A stretch of DNA of 59,921 nt, the filler included, from Gonapodya sp. JEL0774 (taxonomy: Eukaryota): assembly GCA_027604505.1 (NCBI GenBank). It is 2 parts of 2 records of this genome, joined end to end, with 100 filler letters (N's around TTAATTAATTAA, not from the genome) between each part and the next. Parts side by side here need not be neighbours in the genome. Positions count along the whole stretch, not along the records: positions 1 to 29,965 come from JADIIX010000206.1; 1 more part is not named here. The stretch is one strand, 5' to 3'. This document shows, piece after piece, positions 1 through 9,765 of the stretch; positions within the stretch are counted from its first letter, which is position 1; the number at the start of each line of letters is the position of its first letter. The position numbers were made by a program, and so were the translations under genes. The notes beneath the pieces are model-generated. The model made no database searches. It worked only from the letters and a program-made list of their open reading frames with translations, and was not told the DNA's origin.

Positions 1-289
1 CTTAAGAGGCAAGGCCGCACTCTCTACGGTTTCGGCGGTTAAACGACTCTATCGTCGAAGACAACCACACAGTCGCTCCGCCGTTTGCTAATGTCGCGGG
101 GACCTCTTCCTCACTCTTTCAACTTCAGCGGAATTTTTAAATTCCATCTCGCATAGTTTTCACTTGCATTCGGGTCCCGTGTATTCGAAATAGTCATTTT
201 GAATACATGCTCACCATTCAATCATTTTCCTCTGCTCCGAGTCATTTTTGCAGCCGTGTAATATTCTTCTACATAGTAATTTCACCGTA

Positions 290-349
290 ATGCCCATTAC
301 GTCAGATTGGACGAGATACAACGCCCGTATTCCTTTTTATCCGTCGTGA
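290..349 (+). promoter_or_regulatory. Candidate polyamine-responsive uORF (MPITSDWTRYNARIPFYPS*) upstream of arginine decarboxylase
   Basis: ATG 290 to TGA 347-349, ending CCG TCG TGA (Pro-Ser-stop). It lies upstream of a polyamine biosynthesis gene, and its C-terminus YNARIPFYPS resembles the ODC/AZIN1 uCC end. Confidence 0.6.
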
Positions 350-420
350 TTCTTGAGAATTGTCTGAGCGTCACAGGCGCGCAAAGTGATTCTGTTGTAC
401 TTCTTGGGGGTCAGTCGTCG

Positions 421-664
421 GTGAGTGTGTACTGAATCGCGAAATCCGTCATGCCGTCGATTTCGTCGCTGGTGAAACAATGCCTCCGTCTTCCATGGCT
501 CCTCACGGTTTCCTGGTCATATCCGACAGGAGTTGAGGTTCCTTTGAGAGCGGGGGACCGATCGCGGAGAATCGATCGCTGAGAAATCTTTCTTGTCTGA
601 GGCCGGCTCCAGCTCATCTCGATTGGGCTCGTGCATCGATCACATTTATCGACCACCATCGCAG
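421..664 (+). other. Probable 5' leader intron of the ADC gene
   Basis: GTGAGT donor at 421 and GCAG acceptor ending 664, 4 nt before ATG 669 (context atcATGg). Splicing would remove several out-of-frame ATGs. Confidence 0.45.
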
Positions 665-668
665 AATC

Positions 669-3600
669 ATGGCTGCAAAGTCCGGAAACAAAGGCCTTGC
701 GATACTTCATTCTCAGCAGATAGTTGCTGGTCTTCCGGGGAACGATCCCGCACGTCATCCGCGCGAGCCTCTTCCAACCCATCTTCCAGCACTTCCAAGT
801 CTGCTCGTGGAAGAAACCCCTTCGGTTCATGTGATCGCGCCGTCAAATGCTCCTTCATCAGTGGACCTTCTTGGTGTACAAGCCATGGGCTTTCCGTCGC
901 CATCCACACAGCAACTCTCGTTGGATCCGTCAACTGCTTCCCACACACCATCGCATACACCTCTCTCTTCCTCTTTTGAGCATCTTTTGCTGAACTCTTC
1001 TACTGGAGATTCATCGACACCTCAAATGCCTCCGTATCGCCCCCCAACACCGTCCGGCATTGCTCGGCCCAGCACCCCTTCCGTCAATAGTCCTACACAC
1101 ACATATTCTCGCAACCGTAACTCCCAATCCGGACCTTCAGGAGCAAATGGAACCCAGTTAGGTCATGGACCCCACGGTGGCCGCTCCACACCCAAAATGC
1201 CACCCGTTGACTGGTCTATTGATCGTGCGAACCAACATTACAACGTGGAAGGCTGGGCGAATGGCTATTTTTCAATTCGTGGAGCCGTTGTGCCTGGTAA
1301 TGGTGCACCAACTGCACACTCCTCGCCTTCGACGTCGCCAACAAGTGCTGCTGCAGTTGGTCAGTCAGCCTTGGACGCATTATCTGGGCAACAAACCACC
1401 CAACAAACACCGTCTGCTACCAGTAAAGCAGTGGATGGGACTATGCAGGTTCATCCTCTGGGACCAAATGGTCCTACGTTCAATATCATGGACGTGATAG
1501 ATGACATAAAGGAGAAAGGCTTACAGTTTCCGTGGCGAGTGATGTCTCACTTAGCACTCTCCCTGTCTCAAAGCGAACCTCATCCGTATCATTTGACAGT
1601 ATCGTTCGCTTTCTCGATATCCTCCGTGCCCGTGTTATTCTGCTGAATGAGGCCTTCAGTACTGCAATTTCATCACTCAACTATGCTGGGTCGTACCGGG
1701 GTGTTTATCCAGTGAAAGTCAATCAAATGAAAGAAGTAGTCGACGAGATTGTTGATGCAGGGAGACCGTTTCATTATGGTCTGGAGGCGGGAAGCAAGGG
1801 GGAGCTCACTGTTGTGTTGGGGTACAACACGGATCCCGAAGTGAGTGACCCGGTGACTCCATTGTACGCACGAGGTAAATAAATTGTTTGAGTAGGCAAT
1901 TACTTGCTGTAATGGATACAAAGACGACGACTACCTGAGGCTGGCCCTGTTGGGTAGGTACGACATTTTGCCTTTCCTCACAAAACTTCAATTCGCTTGT
2001 ATTATGTACTTCAGGTCGTAAACTTGGTCGTAAAGTCATTGTTATTATTGAGAAACTGACGGAACTGCCTCACCTCCTGCAATTGGCGTCGGAAATGGGT
2101 GTAGAACCTTATCTGGGGCTCCGGTGTAAACTTGCTTCGCGAGGATCCGGGAAATGGGAGTCCTCTGGCGGCGACTTCGCTAAATTTGGACTCACTCTTC
2201 CCGAGCTGATGAGGGCCGTAGCAATGCTGAAAGAGCGAGGAATGGAAAACTGTGCGAAGCTTATTCATTTTCATGTCGGCAGTCAGGTGAGCTCGAAGAC
2301 CATGGATTTCAACCATTGGTAAAGCTGCATTTATGCGCACGTGGCTCTTGCCTCGTAGCTTACAGAGCTTCGCGTGGTCAAGGAAGCGGTAATGGAGGGT
2401 GCCCGCATTTACGCCAAACTTCAGAAAATGGGTCTTGGCATCGAAGTAAGGCGGAACACTTGAATCCAGCTCCGCAATTAATGTTTTGATCGAAATCTTC
2501 TCGCCTTTCAGTACTTCGATATAGGTGGTGGACTTGGCGTGGACTACATAGGAACCCGGTCTGGAGCTGATGGGTCCTCCATGAACTACGACGTTCACGA
2601 GTACGCTTATGATGTTGTGTATACTCTCATGCGGATATGCGTGGAGGAAGGAGTCCCCCAGCCCAATGTTGTGTCCGAATCGGGCCGGGCAATCACAGCG
2701 CACCACGCCCTCGTTATCGTGAACATTTTTGGCACAATATCAGTGGGGAGTCCCGAGGAAATAGCGGCGGTGACTACCCCAACGCCAGGTGAACATGTTA
2801 TCGTGCAGGAGATGAGAAACATTGTTGGGTCGTACACTTCCAGATCCAAAACGGTGAAGTCCTGGCAAGACGCTCAGAGCAAAAAAGAGGATGCGCTGCA
2901 AATGTTTAAGCTGGGAATGCTATCTTTAGAAGACAGGGCAAAAGTGGAGGGTCTTTATTGGGCTGTGGCAAGGAAAATGATGCCCTACACCAAAACCCGC
3001 AGCAGAAAGCTGAGGATTCCAAAGGAAGCCATGGATATCGCCGATAAGATGGCCGATCAGTACATGGCGAACTTCTCCATATTTCAGAGCGTCGTTGATC
3101 ATTGGGGCAGTGAGTGAATCATTTAAGGGATGCACGTCAGCTTTTGTTTCCAAGTGTCCACCATATTGCTGTCTTCAGTCGACCAGACATTCCCAATTAC
3201 ACCTCTACATCGTCTGAATGAAGAGCCTTGTCGAGATTCCATCCTAGTGGACATCACTTGTGACTCAGATGGCAAGATCGACAATTTTGTGGAGGATTAC
3301 GGTACCGACAAGACAATCTCCTTACACACACTGAGACCCGGCGAGGATTACTACATCGGCATATTTTTGACTGGCGCATACCAGGACATAATGGGAAATT
3401 GTAAGTGATGACCTGCCACCACACTTTGCATCACCGATCTTTCACGATTCCAAATTCAGTGCATAACAGTGAGCATGCCAATATCGAAACCCTTTCTGAC
3501 GAATCCTCTAAATACCACTTTTCGTCCCTCCTGCTCCCCCTAATAAGTGTTTGGAAGACTAAATGAAGTACACATTTACATAGGTGAGAGAGCCACCATT

Positions 3601-3958
3601 GTCTTCTGTGAAATCTGAAGACACAAACCTATACTCGATGATGTTCTAGACGACGATGATCCGGAAGATTATTACATTGAAGAAGTTATTCGGGGCGACA
3701 GAGTTGCTGATGTGCTAGGTCGACTGTTTTACAATCCCCAAGATCTCACGCGGAGAGTTAAGGAATCGCTCACAACGTGCATTAGGTCGGGGTCACTCAA
3801 ACCCAAAGAAGGCGTGGCACTTGGCGAGTTTTATGACTCCATGATAAATTCTTACACATACTTGAAAGGTGAGAGAAGCAACCAAACATTCTCCATAGCA
3901 ATTGACGATTTACAATTCTGTTCTGTCGCAATCTTAAACAGGAATGTCACCTCACTAG
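669..3958 (+). CDS. speA: Biosynthetic arginine decarboxylase (SpeA/ADC family, PLP fold III), about 11 coding exons
   Basis: Motifs YNVEGWANGYFSI, YPVKVNQ (PLP Lys), GLEAGSKGEL, CNGYKD, SGKWESSGGDFAKFGL, HFHVGSQ, DIGGGLGVDY, ESGRA, DITCDSDGKID, GAYQDIMGNLHNMFG. Introns at 1535-1599, 1841-1895, 1954-2014, 2287-2358, 2446-2511, 3110-3178, 3401-3459, 3469-3547, 3584-3649, 3869-3941 restore one frame. The start (669 or 1026) and the last exon (ending 3958 or 4044) are uncertain. Confidence 0.93.
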
Positions 3959-4126
3959 CACAACAAAACACTAGTTCTGGATATCCCATGAATTTGTTCT
4001 ATTGTAATCTCATGCAAACAGGAATGTCACCTCACCAGCCATGATGTGACCACTTAAATCCGCCTACAATCGTGCATGCTCAAAATTATTAGGTACCGGA
4101 TATTTCATGGTTATGCACAGCAATAC

Positions 4127-7100
4127 CTAGTCACTATCCAAAACAAAAGAACCAACTTGTGCAAAATCTAGCTGACCCTGTCTGTGCCCTTGCTTGATAT
4201 TTTCCCCATTTCTTCGAGACGGTGTCGCTCTCGAAGTTTCAGGGAACCGGGGCGTCCTAGGTGCTTTCTTCTTTGGTGTTCTCAACACTGTCCGTGGCTC
4301 TGGCCGAAATCTTTCTTTGGTTGGTGTAAGAAGTTCCACCTCCATTGATTTGCCCCATTCAGATTCCTCGTTTTGCTCGATCTCTGTGGCAAAACTGGGA
4401 GAGCGATTATCCAACTTCTTGTCATATCTGCTCTGAAGCACTTCGTCGTCAGTGTCACTAGCTTCCAATTCGTCGCCAATGCTCAATAGCAGGCACAAAA
4501 TGGCATGCTTTCGCTGGGCTGACGTCATCGGATAGTCATCCGATTCAGATCCATCGTACTCTGTTTCTGGGATCTCGACTTGTTCTGACAACACTTCCTT
4601 GTTCCCTTTCTTTGCAACTGCTACAAGTGAAGGGGTTCGAGGTTTCTCCCAAACAACAGTCCTGTACCATTTGAGAACGTTAGGATCGGCAAAAATACTC
4701 CGAGGATCGAATGACTTGAGAAAAAGCGTATTCTACCCAACAACTCATGAGCATGCTTCTTTAAACAGCTTCCTTCAGTTGTGCTCACCAGGCTTTTGCA
4801 TCTGGACAGCGCAACGTAGCCCTGACCCGCAGCAAACATATTCGAAAGATCCAGTGCCACGTGTGACAGACTCATGCCCTGACTTTTGTGAATTGTGAAT
4901 GCGTACCCTAAGACCAGTGGTACCTGCACTCTCCATGCCACCTTTCGGCTATCAACTTCGATGCTCGCACATGTCGGTTCAACAACTCTTGTGATACCAC
5001 AATCAAATTCAACAACCGGCACTCCAGGTGCTGCATCAAACCAAGCATCTAACGTGAAGCGAATATCGCGATCAGTTTCGAACACATCCGAATACCAGCC
5101 GATTGGGTAGTGGGTGTGTGTGCGCGCTTTCCTTTCCATCGGTCTCACAAAGGATTTGATGGTCCCTTTAACCCCATTTGCAAGACCCGCGGAGACATCA
5201 ATGTTCGACAAAAGAATGACCTAATTGAAAAAAAAGTAGGATCACGGGCTGGATTGGATTGGAGATCCGACAAGTGGAACGAGGACTCGCTATAGCGCTC
5301 ACCCTTGCCCCCACCTTCAAATCAACAACCTCAGCTACATTTAACGTCCTCAAAAGACTTCGTTCCTGGGCCAGCTCCTCCATCTCCTCACTTTCACTTC
5401 CACTACTAGCTGCATTTCCGTCCTTGCAAACGAGTCGCATGTGCGACCCCGGTAGAGCCCTCAATCTGATGGCGTTCTCCGTTGCCGCTTGGTCCCTTCG
5501 CGACGTGAGCTTGGTAACCAACTTCTCCTCTTCAGGTGTCATACTGCACACACGCTCAGACAGCTTTCGGGCGGCAACTGTGGACACCTCGCCTCTCCGA
5601 ATGCCCGCAAGCAGACTGACGAATGCTGAGTCGGCTTGGCGAAAGACAACTGATAACTGAATTGAGCGGAAGTGACATAACTCCCAGAGTGGGGATTCGA
5701 AGGCATAAATGGGAGTTCGAACCACCTGAGAAGAACACGGTGTCAAAGGGAACGTCTGCGTCGCTTGTAGAGGAACAAAGGCTCCAGAGAACCGCTCCAA
5801 TGATGAAACCCCATGATCGGAGCCTCCATTTGCTTCTCCAAGATTCTGTGATGGTTGCGGTGTGGGCGGAGCTCGGATTTGCTTCGCCGATGCGGGATGC
5901 TCCACATGGGTCTGATAAGGCTCCTCGAGCAAGGAATACACAGTAGAGAACGTAGTCGGTGGCTTTACTGGTGGTAGTTGAAAGAACTGCTGAGGAGTGG
6001 GATTCAGAATGGCAAATCACGGACAATAAGGCACAGTATCACTCACGTCACCAACAACTAAAACTGAAACAAAGTCAAGATGATGTTGCGAGAGTTAGTG
6101 ACAAGTCGCGTGGCAGACTATCAGCCTCACCTTGCATACCGCCAAATGGCGTTGCCAGGCATTTTTCTTCAACGAGATGAAATACACCAATAGGTGTGGC
6201 ATGCCTCCTTCGCTTCACCAAAAATTTTCCTGGGTGTGGGGAGTCCCCGATCCCCAACTCCCTCCAGCGAACCAGAGACGGATCTGCATTGGTCAGCTTG
6301 GTCTCATCCGCATCCGATAAACGTCCTAGAGCTCGCTCTCTGAGGAGAAACGCACTCTTGGCAGCTCTTGCACGAACTGCACGAAGCACCTGATCGAGCG
6401 TTTCAAAAAACCCGGCAGACACCATTGAAATCTCATCCAGGATCAGAAGTTGAGTCGATATGATGCGAAGTAGTGCGCGGACACGCTTTGAAGTCCTCGT
6501 TAATGTCCCTACGTATGACGACACTGACATGTCACCTTTATCGATTCCGGCGAACGAGTTGATGGTCATGCCACCCAGTTGTACCGCACTGATACCAGTG
6601 GAAGCTGTGACACAGATACGGCGGGAACAATTGGACTGTTCAGATACAGAGCTCTCCACTCCGTTGATACAATCAGTAGTGGTGTGGGGAGAAAACTGTT
6701 GTGAGCAAGTTGCGTTGAGGTAATGCAATTTTCATTTCATTAAAGAGGTTCGTGAAACTGACCGTCTCGACAATTCTTCTGAGCAAAAAAGACTTTCCCG
6801 CTGTACAGGGGCATTAATGAACAGAAAACAGTTCCGGCGAACTGGTAAATACTTTGACAATTTCGATGTGCCCGTCTCTCGCTCACCTCCTCCTGGCCCC
6901 GTCATGAACACATTGTGACCCTCTTTGAGAAGTTCTATGACATGCTCTTGCTCGCTGGTCATGGAAAAACCTCGCTCGTGCTCAAACTCTTTAGGCGGTA
7001 AGGGGAAATGCGTTGCTGTTGAGTCATGAGCTGTGCCAGTTGTGTCTCCAGAATGAGATCCGAGACCAATCGAGGTCGACTGGAAATCATGTGCGTGTCC

Positions 7101-7286
7101 CAAGTTGTTTGAAGACTGAAGATATAACGGCGGAGCAGAAGGCCCAGCAGACACTGCTTGTGGATATACCGATCGAGCAGGGAAAGCTGCTCCTCCATCA
7201 TAGTCAGAGTTATCAGATTCCAGGCCGAGAACATCGAAGCTCACGCGCTCTTCGAGGAAGATAGATGGGTCTGAGTCAGCAGACAT
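4127..7286 (-). CDS. PIF1: PIF1-family 5'-3' DNA helicase, multi-exon
   Basis: Walker A FMTGPGG|AGKS split by an intron; VTASTGISAVQLGGMTINSFAGI, LILDEISMV, PFGGMQ, QLSVVFRQAD, LKVGA, GLANG, QVPLVLGYAFTIHKSQGMSL, FAAGQGYVALSR. Confidence 0.92.
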
Positions 7287-7922
7287 AGTACATAAATTGC
7301 AGTTCCCGCCGCAGCCGGCAGCGCTCCGGTGAGAGGCGCCGAAGAGTAAGTACCGACACTATTCACACAGTGCAGAGGTAATATGTTGAAGAGCGTGGGA
7401 AAACGAAGGTCGAAGCGGAGTTTGGGGTTGTGGTTCATCTGGTCAGCTTCGCAAAACTGTTCCACACTCATTTGTCATGTACTCCAAAACCGGCTCAGTG
7501 CATAAGTCTCATATCAATAAATAAGTACCGGTGTGATTGCGTCGGGTAACTGGTTACCATCTCAGGAAGCTACGGACTTCTCAACCCCGAGTTCCGGCTA
7601 GACTGCTGTCAAAATGTCACACCACCAACAACATGAGCACATGTATCTACTTTTGTAGACGCTATTTGATCCACCAGAGAGCTCCAGAACCGATACGACG
7701 TTAGAGTTCCTCGAAATTTCTGTGCTTTCACCATCCACATCACAAATGACTGTTCTACTTATATATAGAGCTCGGCGACCTCAACACTGCATCAAATCCG
7801 ACGAGCTTAAATGGCCTGCGGATTAGTGGCAAGAAATGCAAGTGTATCGAAGCAGGGGAGAATACATGATGAGGAAAAGTCAGCTTCGCGTCCCACGTGA
7901 GATACAGGTGAACGATTGACTC

Positions 7923-8867
7923 TCACCTCTGGTCCCCCTCATGTGGTGCAGCCAAGCTTCTGTCCATCTCAGTCGCACCTTCATCCCCACCGAGCTCCTT
8001 GATGAGGCCGTTGAAAGGGTACTGTGGGGGGGCGGCATTGACATTTCCACGCCATTCAGGGTTGAGGGTGCTGAACGAAAATGTAAAAATACAAGTTTAG
8101 AAATGGACAAGATTTATGAAGACAGTACTTCGCCGTGACCTCGGCTAAGTCTCCAATACTTACGCGGCCCAAGTATACCCAAAAACCGCAACACCGAGCA
8201 CCGCACCGGCAAGTCGCAGCCATTGGCCAGTCAAGTCTTTTCGAATGTTGGGAGCAAAAATGTTCAGGATTTCGTCTTCGTCCTGGACATACTGACCGAA
8301 TGCACGTCGGTCTTGTCGGTCAAAGGCGTACGCGGGATTGAAGTAGTTTCGGAATTGGTGAGGCTCCACAGGGGCGCGTGGGTAGTTGCCTAGAGGAGTG
8401 TCCTCTTTTGTGACATCGAGTTCCAGGGGGACCCACGTGCCTTCCAGCCCCGACCGGTTCATGGGGACTTGCAGATCGGAAACCGGCGGCTAATCACGCG
8501 ACGAGAGTTGTTTTTCAGTACATATGTCAACACGATGGACGCAAGATACGTTTGGTCAATAGCAGGTGTCGTGCCGGTTTAGCAACATGTAACATGTGAA
8601 TATGTATTGAACTGGCGCGCGGAGCTCACTCACTTGAATATCAAGCGGCCCCACATGAGATTCGATATTGTCCGGATCCGGGTCCGGTATGAAGGCCGGA
8701 TTCTTGAACCTCACGTCAGGGAAATCGATGAGCGGTGGTTGGGGAATGTCGTGGAGCTTGCCTGGTGCGTGGGCGGCAAGACCGGGCACGGAGGAGGAAA
8801 GACATCGAGTTGCGCTGATGCTTACCGCATTGGAGGCGCGGGCGGTGATGGACCGAAGCAGCAGCAT
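7923..8867 (-). CDS. NDUFB8: Mitochondrial complex I subunit NDUFB8 (ASHI)-like
   Basis: Arg/Ser/Ala-rich presequence MLLLRSITARAS; LGNYPRAP...DRQDRRAFGQYVQDEDEILNIFAP; one TM helix; PQYPFNGLIKELGG in the last exon. Introns about 8633-8490 and 8163-8071. 3' end approximate. Confidence 0.75.
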
Positions 8868-9765
8868 GACGGGGCTGTTTCATTCCAGTCGATGTCGAGT
8901 GAGTGAAGTGGGAGGAGGACAGATGGCAAAGAGAAGCAATCGAAAATACATTCCCATCAAACAAAGAGTGTCGGATTTATGTGGGGATCCCAGGATATGA
9001 GGACGAAATGCCGACGCGTTTCCGGAGAAGAGACAGCAGTGTTGGAATAGCGCCAGCGGGCATCCCCGGGGAGAAAAACCACCAGCACTCTGGTCATCGG
9101 TGAGAACAATATTCAACCCACCTCCAAGTGATTGAGCGGCTCCGTGTGGGGTTGTTCCAACGAAAGTGAAACTCGAGGAGTAACCAGCACTGTTGGCCCA
9201 CACACCACACAGCAAGAAAACATATCACTCCCACCCAGGAATTAAGTTATACCATTCGCTACCATTGCTAACAGTGTTGCGCTTCAACTTTACGATTTGT
9301 TACAACTTCAGTTTACTGTTTTAAGTCTTTGGTGGTGCAAAGTCACTCAAACTAATGACTCGGCGGAAACAGGCAAAAGAGAGTCGGTCTGGCGATCACT
9401 CCCTGAATAAAACCGTCTCAGCACCTCTCGTTCTCGTTCGCAATCCCGCATCCATTCGACGCTTCCTCCAGCAATCTGAAATCCTTTGTACAAAGCGTTG
9501 TGTTGTTTTCTTTTTGAGGAACTTCCGGAGACATTTTCTGATTCGGTGATTCGGGGGGTTTGGAGCTCCATTTCCATAAACAACTCTTAATCCACTGTAC
9601 TCGTAAGTGCATTTCCAACTCTCCTTCTTTCAACTGTCGTCAAGTTCCGATCTTCCAGTTGGCTACATGTATTATCCCTCCCCGCCCTTTTTTTTGGTGT
9701 CACAACTTTACTCATCTGAAGATCACGGGATTCTCCGTTCCCACTGAATCTGCAATATTTCTGCA

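Noticed and set aside
669..3958. Bacterial contamination as the source of speA
   Set aside because: Ten spliceosomal introns and contiguity with eukaryotic genes.
4127..7286. PIF1 as a Helitron helicase
   Set aside because: No HUH Rep domain or Helitron termini seen; intact, CpG-rich, multi-intron gene among housekeeping genes.
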